This document shows positions 36,133 through 44,060 of a stretch of 64,000 nt of DNA, in pieces. Position 1 is the first letter of the stretch. The number at the start of each line of letters is the position of its first letter. Source of the stretch: Thermoplasmatota archaeon (GTDB lineage: Archaea > Thermoplasmatota > Poseidoniia > Poseidoniales > Thalassarchaeaceae); NCBI GenBank assembly GCA_036138175.1, contig JAZAAK010000010.1:1229-65228 (forward strand), given 5' to 3'. The translations under genes were made by a program, and so were the position numbers. Under the pieces are notes generated by a model. That model searched no databases and was not told the DNA's origin. It saw only the letters and a program-made list of their open reading frames with translations.

Positions 36133-38685
36133 ATGCCGGTGGACGAAGACCTCCCAGAGGTAAGTCTCGCAGACCTGGATGTGGATGAGAGAATCATCCA
36201 ACACCTCAGGTCTGAATGGGGTATTAAGGAGCTTTTTCCCCCTCAGCGTGAAGCCCTACCATATTCACTTGCCGGACACAATTTGATGCTAACTATACCC
36301 ACTGCAAGTGGAAAATCATTGGTTGCTCACCTGACTATGATTCAACGACTAATTTCGGATCTAAGTGGAAGTAGAGGCCTCTATATCGTACCACTGAAAG
36401 CATTGGCCTCAGAGAAAGTCGAAGAGTTACAAGAATTGGCGAGTTTGGTTGGACTTAGAGTCGGTATAGCAATAGGAGATAGGAGTGGAGAAACCAACGG
36501 AATCGAAGATTCAGATATTCTAGTTTGCACGAGTGAGAAACTCGATTCGATTTTACGAACTCGTGAAGGTGTAATGGAAAAAATCGGCGTAGTTGTAGCA
36601 GATGAGTTTCATCTTTTACATGACATATCCAGAGGACCTACATTAGAGGTTCTTCTTTCCAGAATCCGCCACTCCCAACCCGAAGCCCAACTCATTGCTC
36701 TCTCAGCGACGGTTGGAAATTCACAAGATATGGCGGATTGGTTAGATGCAAAACTAATCCAATCGAGTTGGAGACCTATACAACTTCATTCTGGAACATT
36801 AACTGGCCTTAATGTCAAGATTCACCGAATAGATGGGCCCGATAATGTAGAATGGCCAGAACCTAGAATGATTGAAGGAAGGAATACAAAAAGGCTGCAA
36901 GCAGTCCTAGATGATTCATATTCAACTGGAGGACAGATGCTAGTATTCGTAAACTCTAGAGCATCGGCCCAGAAAGAAGCTAGAGAGTTATCAAAACACA
37001 TTAGAAAACAGATTTCTGATGGACCGATTAAGTACAATAATGAACTAATTGATGAATGGGAAAAAATCGCTGAGCGATTAACTCGTCGAGAGGATACCTC
37101 GGTAATGGGTAGGGCACTTTCACAGGCCATTAGAGGAGGTATTGCATTCCATCACGCAGGATTAACTCATAGCCAAAGAAAAACGGTAGAAGAGGCATTT
37201 AGACAGGGTATTTTGCTAGCAATTGTGGCAACTCCAACCCTCGCACAGGGAGTAAACCTACCAGCGAGAAGGGTAATTATTCGAGATCATCGAAGGTGGA
37301 GTTCGATTGGCGGAGGTTCAATGCCTCTTCCTGTTATGGAAATACGGCAGATGTTAGGCAGAGCTGGAAGGCCTAAATTTGACGACTCGGGTGATGCTTG
37401 GATACTCGCAAAAGATGAAGATGATGAATTAAATATCGTTGAATTGTATATGTTGAGTGAACCGGAAGAAGTCACTTCAAAATTAGCCAACCCGTCTGCA
37501 GTTCGTGCTGAAGAGGACCCCTCGCTATTGACTCATCTTCTCTCAGTAATGGCTACGGGAGGGTTACGAGATAGAGACTCAATCTCACGATTTTTCGGGA
37601 AAACCTTCCTTGCTACCCAAATGAATGAACAAAGTTTGGAAGCACGTCTAGATGATGTCATAGGCTGGTTGGCTGAAAATGGAATGATTACTAGGGAAGG
37701 CGAATCTGAAGAGGTTCTATCGAGAATAAAGGAAAGAGAGAATTCAATATCTGAAACAGAAGATTGGCAGGATGAAATGCCTGAGTGGGCAAAGACTGGG
37801 GAAAGTGTACCAGGATTAGAGATATCAAAATCGGAATTTGAATCAACAACCACGCTTTCTCCGAGGAAGGGGCCAGCAATCTTTGGGTTCTCAAGAGCAA
37901 GTCAAAGAATTACTAGTGAGCCGAGTCTTCCAGACCCTGCTTCAATGACTTATTCTTCCACTCCTCTTGGTAATCGTGTCGCTAGACTGTATCTCAATCC
38001 GATTTCTGGCAGAATGATACACGATGGAATGCAAAGGGCCATGAGAATAATGATTGGAACCGATGATGTACACCAACTATCCCCAATGAGTTTGCTTCAC
38101 TTAGTAGCCTGTACTCCAGATTTCCTCGCGCTTTGGCCAAGAAAGGAAGAGGCCGAGAGAATTCAGACCGCTATACATTCTCACCAACGTGAGTTCCTTA
38201 CAGAAGCTGTGGATGCGGACATTGAACGTAGAATGAAGGGAGTTTTGGTGCTTGAAGATTGGATTAATGAAGCCAGAATGGAGGACCTAGAAAATAATTG
38301 GAACGTTCAACCAGGTGATTTACGAAGCCGAGTTGATTTGGCAGAATGGCTACTATACGCAATGAGGGAAATTCTCAACGATGATGATGAATTAAGGCAA
38401 TTGGACCCCTCACAACATAAGGTGCTAGTCGATTTAGTTAGTGAATTACACAGGAGGATAAGTCATGGATGTAAATCAGATCTACTCGGCTTAGTTTCTA
38501 TTAGAGGAATTGGGCGAACCAGGGCTAGAGAGATGGTTGATTTGCTCGGAGTCGAGAATGCCTCTGATGTGGCTGCTTTAACGGAAAGAGACCGAAACAA
38601 ACTGGCAAGCCTAAGGGGTTGGAGTATTCGCTTGGTAGATAATTTGGTAGAGGCTGCATCTAGATCAACTAGACGACAAAGATGA
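36133..38685 (+). CDS. hel308: Hel308/Hjm (Ski2-like) DNA helicase with low-complexity insertion
   Basis: 850 aa. Helicase motifs TASGKSLVA (I), VADEFH (II), SAT (III), HHAGL, QMLGRAGRP (VI). C-terminal HhH-like domain 5. Acidic/Ser-rich insert about aa 520-600. Confidence 0.9.
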   Translation: MPVDEDLPEVSLADLDVDERIIQHLRSEWGIKELFPPQREALPYSLAGHNLMLTIPTASGKSLVAHLTMIQRLISDLSGSRGLYIVPLKALASEKVEELQELASLVGLRVGIAIGDRSGETNGIEDSDILVCTSEKLDSILRTREGVMEKIGVVVADEFHLLHDISRGPTLEVLLSRIRHSQPEAQLIALSATVGNSQDMADWLDAKLIQSSWRPIQLHSGTLTGLNVKIHRIDGPDNVEWPEPRMIEGRNTKRLQAVLDDSYSTGGQMLVFVNSRASAQKEARELSKHIRKQISDGPIKYNNELIDEWEKIAERLTRREDTSVMGRALSQAIRGGIAFHHAGLTHSQRKTVEEAFRQGILLAIVATPTLAQGVNLPARRVIIRDHRRWSSIGGGSMPLPVMEIRQMLGRAGRPKFDDSGDAWILAKDEDDELNIVELYMLSEPEEVTSKLANPSAVRAEEDPSLLTHLLSVMATGGLRDRDSISRFFGKTFLATQMNEQSLEARLDDVIGWLAENGMITREGESEEVLSRIKERENSISETEDWQDEMPEWAKTGESVPGLEISKSEFESTTTLSPRKGPAIFGFSRASQRITSEPSLPDPASMTYSSTPLGNRVARLYLNPISGRMIHDGMQRAMRIMIGTDDVHQLSPMSLLHLVACTPDFLALWPRKEEAERIQTAIHSHQREFLTEAVDADIERRMKGVLVLEDWINEARMEDLENNWNVQPGDLRSRVDLAEWLLYAMREILNDDDELRQLDPSQHKVLVDLVSELHRRISHGCKSDLLGLVSIRGIGRTRAREMVDLLGVENASDVAALTERDRNKLASLRGWSIRLVDNLVEAASRSTRRQR

Positions 38686-38721
38686 ACTGAACAATTCATC
38701 AATCAGACCTCATCGGAAAGC

Positions 38722-39309
38722 ATGGCTCAGGACCATAGAGTGCCTTGGTTCCCCGCATGGGGAATACACTTTCCTGAGCCATTGGATGACCCTCAAAATG
38801 TAATTTCAATCTTTAACGAATGGCGGCCAAATGAACGTTGGTTATTACTCTCATATTCTGCTGCTGCTAGCGAGATTCATCTATGGACTGTATGGCACGC
38901 TCTAAGAAGAAGGGAATTGCGAAATTCAATGGTTGGCAATAATGTTGACACAGAATTTCTTCGATTGATATCCGGCACTCACCAAATACGAATTGCCTTC
39001 GAGCGGGCTGGTCTAAAGCAAGGCGATGAAAACGCTTGGATTGTCTACCTTCCAGAATTTGGTAATGAATACCCGTTTAACCTGGACGGTGAAACCCTAG
39101 AAATTCCTCGAGATACATTCAATGATGCTACCGCCGATGCAAATCGTTTGATGCTTCACCTAAAATCAAGTTTGGTAACTGAAAGGCCAATGCCAACCAT
39201 CGAGGGACTACAAAGATTAGGAAATGATTCTAATTTTGCCGATTCTAATTTATTGGAACTTGAATCCGCATTTTTGTTACACGCTGCTATGGCAGACATG
39301 AGCACTTGA
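38722..39309 (+). CDS. cgi121: Cgi121-like protein (putative KEOPS subunit)
   Basis: 195 aa. Segment EFLRLISGTHQIRIAFERAGLKQGDENAWIVYL matches my recollection of the Cgi121 core pattern SGxxQIxxAxxxxGxKxG. Assignment from memory of the family, not a search. Confidence 0.5.
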   Translation: MAQDHRVPWFPAWGIHFPEPLDDPQNVISIFNEWRPNERWLLLSYSAAASEIHLWTVWHALRRRELRNSMVGNNVDTEFLRLISGTHQIRIAFERAGLKQGDENAWIVYLPEFGNEYPFNLDGETLEIPRDTFNDATADANRLMLHLKSSLVTERPMPTIEGLQRLGNDSNFADSNLLELESAFLLHAAMADMST

Positions 39310-39324
39310 CCCCTATGGGGTCAA
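39306..39324 (+). terminator. GC-rich stem-loop TTGACCCC-TAT-GGGGTCAA (8-bp stem, 3-nt loop) overlapping the stop codon, no U-tract
   Basis: Perfect inverted repeat. TGA stop at 39307..39309 lies inside the 5' arm. Core ACCCCTATGGGGT is identical to the hairpin at 8462..8478. Confidence 0.35.
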
Positions 39325-39361
39325 ACTGATAGACGGGGGCCTCTGGGGGTTAACTGAGATT

Positions 39362-39610
39362 ATGTCGAGATTCCATGGATTCCGAACCTGCAATATCTGC
39401 AATGAACCGTGCACACCAGGTAATTTTGTTGACCACGAAGGAAAGAGATTTTGCACAGCATGTTGGATTGAAAGGGAAAATCCAAAGCACGAAGGTGTCG
39501 AAGAAATTAGAGCCGCAAACCGAGAGGCTGCGGCAAAGTGGAAGAGGCAGAAATACAGTAGAGGAGACGGCCCTTTGCCTACAGGACCAATGTCAGCTAG
39601 GAAAGATTGA
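39362..39610 (+). CDS. small zinc-ribbon protein with basic C-terminal tail
   Basis: 82 aa. CNICNEPC...CTACW gives two CxxC knuckles. Tail KWKRQKYSRGDG. Preferred over two overlapping ORFs of similar length. Confidence 0.5.
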   Translation: MSRFHGFRTCNICNEPCTPGNFVDHEGKRFCTACWIERENPKHEGVEEIRAANREAAAKWKRQKYSRGDGPLPTGPMSARKD

Positions 39611-39619
39611 GGGAGAAAC

Positions 39620-41302
39620 ATGAGCTTTGTTCCTGATAATCTGGACGGTTCATCTTGGGAATCAATTGAACCCTACATGAATGACCTAAGAGATCGCAAA
39701 TTAAGTTGCGCAAATTGTCTAGAGACTTTCATCACCGATAGATCTAGTCTATCAGAAGTCATTTCCGAAGCTAGAGCGAGGCTTTACATCGATATGACTT
39801 GTCATACAGATGATGAGGAAATACAAAAGTCTTGGATGCAATTCGTAGAAAATGTTCAACCAAAATTATCTGAGTACAGTGATATTCTCAATCGACGACT
39901 TGTTGAACACGAATCGGTAGATGAACTGCCACATAGGTTCGATATATTGGTCAAGGGACTGAGGACTGATATCGAAATATTTCGAGAGGAGAACATACCA
40001 CTTAGCACACAGTCTACAAAACTGGTAACCGAATATAACGAGATTTGTGGAGCCCAAATGGTAGAATTTGATGGAGAACAGAAGACCTTTGCTCAGATGG
40101 CGATATACTTAGAGAATACAGATAGGGCAATTCGAGAGGCTGCTTGGAAAGCTGTCTCTGAGAGACGATTTGAAGATAATGAAAGAGTCTCAGAAATCTA
40201 CGATGAATTAATCCAAATTCGCCATAAAATGGCCACAAATGCAGGTTTTGAAGGATTTCAACAGTATATGTTTGCCTCTATGCATCGATTCGATTACACT
40301 ATCGAAGATTGTTTAGAATTCCACGAATCTATCGAATCTGTTTGCCAGCCATTACGCCACCGAGCAGATAGGGAACGTATGCAAGATTTAGGTCTTGAAT
40401 CGTTAAGGCCATGGGACATGGGTGTCGATGTGAAAGGTCGCCCTCCGCTTCAACCATTCAATGATGTCCAAGATATGGTGGATGGATGTTCGCGTATCTT
40501 TCACAATATGTCCCCAGAGTTGGGCGATTATTTCGATCAATTAGATGCTAATGATTGCCTGGATTTAGATAGTCGAAAGGGGAAGGCCCCAGGCGGATAC
40601 CAGTATTACTTGCAAAAGAGCAGATTGCCATTTATTTTCATGAATGCTGCTGGAACTCAAAGGAATATCGAGACTATGATTCATGAAGCCGGCCACGCTT
40701 TCCATTCATTCTATTCGGGTCACTTAGACCTAATCCATGAAAGGGATTCTCCAATTGAATTCGCTGAAGTGGCAAGCATGGCGATGGAACTTCTAACCCA
40801 TCCTCATTGGGAAGAATTCTATGATAGTAAAGATGCGGATAGAGCAAGGCGAAAGCACCTAGAAGATATCATTTCATTTATGCCATGGATGGCTACAATA
40901 GACGCGTTCCAACATTGGGTTTACGCTAATCCGAATCACTCTAGAGAAGAGCGAGCTGAGAAGTGGTTAGAACTCGGAGAACGGTTTGGACCAAAGGTGG
41001 ATATGGATGGATTTGAGGATATTCACAAAGTATCTTGGCAACGCCAGGGGCATTTATTCGGAGTTCCATTCTATTACGTTGAATACGGAATTGCACAACT
41101 TGGAGCTCTACAGATGTGGAAATACCACCGAAGAGACACCGAAGATGCTCTTTCTAGATACAAAGCCGGCCTTTCATTGGGTTACACTCGAGGACTGACT
41201 GAATTGTTTCAAGCCAGCGGACTAGAACTATCGTTTTCAGAATCCTACGTCGGTGATCTCATTGGAGAAATCGATGAAGCATTGGCAGATTTACCCGCAT
41301 GA
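39620..41302 (+). CDS. pepF: oligoendopeptidase F (M3B family)
   Basis: 560 aa. Zinc motif HEAGHAFH. SD-like GGGAG 5 nt upstream. Confidence 0.9.
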   Translation: MSFVPDNLDGSSWESIEPYMNDLRDRKLSCANCLETFITDRSSLSEVISEARARLYIDMTCHTDDEEIQKSWMQFVENVQPKLSEYSDILNRRLVEHESVDELPHRFDILVKGLRTDIEIFREENIPLSTQSTKLVTEYNEICGAQMVEFDGEQKTFAQMAIYLENTDRAIREAAWKAVSERRFEDNERVSEIYDELIQIRHKMATNAGFEGFQQYMFASMHRFDYTIEDCLEFHESIESVCQPLRHRADRERMQDLGLESLRPWDMGVDVKGRPPLQPFNDVQDMVDGCSRIFHNMSPELGDYFDQLDANDCLDLDSRKGKAPGGYQYYLQKSRLPFIFMNAAGTQRNIETMIHEAGHAFHSFYSGHLDLIHERDSPIEFAEVASMAMELLTHPHWEEFYDSKDADRARRKHLEDIISFMPWMATIDAFQHWVYANPNHSREERAEKWLELGERFGPKVDMDGFEDIHKVSWQRQGHLFGVPFYYVEYGIAQLGALQMWKYHRRDTEDALSRYKAGLSLGYTRGLTELFQASGLELSFSESYVGDLIGEIDEALADLPA

Positions 41303-41309
41303 CTTCACA

Positions 41310-41322
41310 CTCGGACCCCGAG
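41310..41322. terminator. stem-loop CTCGG-ACC-CCGAG in the convergent pepF/radA spacer
   Basis: 5-bp stem, 3-nt loop, 8 nt after the pepF stop and 14 nt after the radA stop on the other strand. Confidence 0.3.
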
Positions 41323-41335
41323 GGCCTCTCAAGAA

Positions 41336-42343
41336 TCAATCCCTGAGACCCTCGGCAGTCACGGTGAACACAGCCTCTCCCTCAGGTAGGTTGGGACTGT
41401 CGACTAGGCGGGCGATTCTTCGGCCACCCTTCGACTTCCTGAGGTAGAGACGGAAAGTACTGGCGTGCCCAACAATGTGACCTCCGATGGCCTTTGTTGG
41501 ATCGCCCCACATTGCGTCTGGTTTGGACATAACTTGGTTAGTCACCAAAACCAGAGCATTGTGAACATCTGATAGCTGCTTGAGTTCTTTCAGATGTCTG
41601 TTGAGTTTTTGCTGTCTTGCAGCGAGCATTCCACGCCCTACATATTCCGCGCGGAAGTGACTGGTTAGTGAGTCAACAATGATTAATTTTACATCAATAT
41701 TCTTCGAGAGCTTTTTGATTTCATCTACTAACAACATCTGATGAGCCGAATTGTAGGCACGAGCGACGTGTATTCTATCAAGAACCGCGCTGGGATCTAA
41801 ACCTACGGCTTCTGCCATTTGTGCTATTCTTTCAGGCCTGAACGTATCTTCTGTATCTATGTAGAAAATCTCTCCATCAAATCCTCCTTGTTCACTAGGC
41901 AGTATTGTGTTAACAGCTAGTTGGTGACCTATCTGTGTCTTTCCACTTCCAAACTCACCATATACCTCAACTATAGCTTGGGTTTCAAATCCCCCTCCTA
42001 GCAACTCATCCAAGGCCGCTGATCCAGATGTTAACTTCTGGACTTCTTTACGGCGTTCTAGTAATTTATTTCCGGATACGAATCCGCCAATGTTAGCCAT
42101 TTTCTTGGCTCCTTGAATAATCTTGGAAGACACCGCTTCACCCAATTCGGCTTGTTCGGCTAATTCATTTGGACTCATTACTGCAATAGCGAGTAATTCT
42201 TCAAAACCTGCCTCTCGCAATTTTTCTGCGGTAGCTGGTCCCACACCAGGCAAATCATCTATGGTTGCCTGTTCTTCATCTGCGTCTATCACGATAGAGC
42301 CATCTTCTTCGTCTAACTTTTCACTTGCGGTCTTCTTGGCCAT
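41336..42343 (-). CDS. radA: DNA repair and recombination protein RadA
   Basis: The track start at 42373 is TTG; ATG at 42343 gives 335 aa. Hh[17 protein letters not shown], Walker [10 protein letters not shown], Walker B LIIVDS. Confidence 0.95.
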   Translation of the reverse strand: MAKKTASEKLDEEDGSIVIDADEEQATIDDLPGVGPATAEKLREAGFEELLAIAVMSPNELAEQAELGEAVSSKIIQGAKKMANIGGFVSGNKLLERRKEVQKLTSGSAALDELLGGGFETQAIVEVYGEFGSGKTQIGHQLAVNTILPSEQGGFDGEIFYIDTEDTFRPERIAQMAEAVGLDPSAVLDRIHVARAYNSAHQMLLVDEIKKLSKNIDVKLIIVDSLTSHFRAEYVGRGMLAARQQKLNRHLKELKQLSDVHNALVLVTNQVMSKPDAMWGDPTKAIGGHIVGHASTFRLYLRKSKGGRRIARLVDSPNLPEGEAVFTVTAEGLRD

Positions 42344-42519
42344 CTTTCTCACCTTTGCTTCACTATCCCTCAATGCTAGACGGTATATGAATAACAGAAG
42401 GACCCCTTTTGCATAATTGAAAGTGTAATGCTAACATGATGAGTCCGCAGTGTCCTTATTTTTCACTTTCAGTTTTCATTTAGTTCTAACAATTACAAGC
42501 ATTAATTGCAATTCAATTT

Positions 42520-42597
42520 TGGTAGCGAGTGGTGGATTTGAACCACCGGTCTCCGGGTTATGAGCCCGACGAGATAACCTGGCTACTCCAACTCGCT
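42520..42597 (-). tRNA. tRNA-Met (anticodon CAT), initiator type, CCA encoded
   Basis: Hand-folded. Acceptor AGCGAGT/ACTCGCT (A1:U72), anticodon arm TCGGG-CTCATAA-CCCGG with three consecutive G:C pairs, T arm GGTGG-TTCAAAT-CCACC, then ACCA. 78 nt. Confidence 0.85.
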
Positions 42598-42707
42598 ACC
42601 CCATCGCTGATGCCTCAGTTATTTGAAGCGAGCGGGAAGCCATAATTCCGATTCTGAGATGGGAACAGTATTGAGATGCCAGCATTCCGGCAACATCTGA
42701 ACCAACC

Positions 42708-44060
42708 ATGGAAGGCAATGTCCTGATTCAGAATGCCTCCTTAGTATTGTCAGATAGAATTGTAGAAGGAGACCTTCGTGTATCCAATGGTTCTATCCAA
42801 ACAATAGCGACCGGTGGCGGCTTAGAACTCTCAAATGGAGAATTGGTAATCGATGGCACTGGACTACATTTGCTACCAGGCGCAATTGACCCACACGTCC
42901 ACTTCAGAGAACCGGGGAATACCGACAAGGAAGATTTGCAAAGTGGCAGTAGAGCAGCAGTCGCAGGTGGAGTGACTGCTTTCTTGGATATGCCAAACAA
43001 TGTGCCCAATGCAACAAATCGCGCTACTTTAGAAGCTAAAATTGCTCTTGCTGAATCAAAAACGGTAAATCACTTCGGATTCTTTGCTGGAGCAACAAGA
43101 GATAATGTCAGAGATTTACAAGATATAGAAGGCATGGACGGAGTTTGCGGAATCAAGATATTCATGGGAAGTAGTACAGGGGACTTACTTGTTCATGAAC
43201 AAAAAGACTTGGAAAATATTTTTGCAAATACTGGTGGTATAATCGCAACCCACGCAGAAGATGAGGAAAGACTTCAGCAACGTATCGCAGAATTTGGCAA
43301 TCAGACAGACATCAGATTACACGCGGAATGCAGAGATGTAGAATGTGCTTTCATTGCCACAAAGAGGGCTGCGGCACTTGCCAAAGACCACGATCATCGG
43401 CTGCACATAGTTCACCTAACAAGCGCAACTGAAGCCGACTGGTTAAACAAAAACAAAGGAGACCTCATCACCACTGAGGTTTGTGCTCAACATCTGACAT
43501 TTAACCAAGATGATGTAGAATCTCTAGGGGTTAGAGCCCTTATGAATCCGCCAATTCGCTATACTGAAGACCGGGACAAACTATGGAAGCGACTCAAAGA
43601 TGGCACGATTGATTGTGTCGTCACAGATCATGCCCCTCATACCCTTGAATCAAAGTCTGTGGGATATCCAAACGCCCCAGCAGGCATGCCGGGCGTTGAG
43701 ACATCTCTGCCATTGATGCTTACTCATGCAATGAATGGTAAATGTAGCGTCAATGATGTAGCTAATTGGATGTCTGCCGGTCCCGCTAGAGTTTACGGGA
43801 TGAAAAACAAAGGCTCTCTTATCGAAGGCTATGACGGCGATTTGACTTTAGTTGACTTAGAAAATCGTCGTACAATTACCGATGCCGATACATGGACCAA
43901 AGTCGGTTGGACACCATACGACGGAATGGAATTAACAGGTTGGCCGATGTACACCATCGTTGATGGAAATATTGTCCACAAGCGCGAGGCTGGTGGCCCC
44001 CTCAGGGGCACACCTATTGCCAAGCCAGGAAGTACTGGTAGAGTTCTGAAATTCAACTAA
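42708..44060 (+). CDS. pyrC: dihydroorotase (cyclic amidohydrolase family)
   Basis: 450 aa. Metal-ligand motifs DPHVHFREPG, HLTS, DHAPH. A closely related allantoinase/hydantoinase cannot be fully excluded. Confidence 0.85.
   Translation: MEGNVLIQNASLVLSDRIVEGDLRVSNGSIQTIATGGGLELSNGELVIDGTGLHLLPGAIDPHVHFREPGNTDKEDLQSGSRAAVAGGVTAFLDMPNNVPNATNRATLEAKIALAESKTVNHFGFFAGATRDNVRDLQDIEGMDGVCGIKIFMGSSTGDLLVHEQKDLENIFANTGGIIATHAEDEERLQQRIAEFGNQTDIRLHAECRDVECAFIATKRAAALAKDHDHRLHIVHLTSATEADWLNKNKGDLITTEVCAQHLTFNQDDVESLGVRALMNPPIRYTEDRDKLWKRLKDGTIDCVVTDHAPHTLESKSVGYPNAPAGMPGVETSLPLMLTHAMNGKCSVNDVANWMSAGPARVYGMKNKGSLIEGYDGDLTLVDLENRRTITDADTWTKVGWTPYDGMELTGWPMYTIVDGNIVHKREAGGPLRGTPIAKPGSTGRVLKFN

Noticed and set aside
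39306-39350. Identical 13-nt core ACCCCTATGGGGT at 8464 and 39309 as evidence of a dispersed repeat family, and G-runs at 39317..39347 as a G-quadruplex.
   Set aside because: A shared 13-mer is expected by chance tens of times among all position pairs in 64 kb, and palindromy halves its information content. Only three G-runs are present, not four. I keep the hairpins as a structural class only.
39313-39623. Three mutually overlapping ORFs of 82, 82 and 102 aa, which could be seen as an overprinted gene.
   Set aside because: Only the 39362..39610 frame has a structural signature (two CxxC knuckles). The other two lack features, and the minus-strand one would collide with flanking genes. I cannot exclude the 39375 frame without conservation data.
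42438-42447. C/D-box sRNA candidates, from UGAUGA-like boxes at about 42438 and at about 52630 and 52697.
   Set aside because: No CUGA D box lies within the expected 40-70 nt downstream on either strand, and there are no terminal stem or k-turn partners.
42344-42707. Replication origin around the AT-rich radA/tRNA-iMet region.
   Set aside because: The spacers are only 176 and 110 nt. I saw no repeated ORB-like boxes and no orc1/cdc6 gene nearby.
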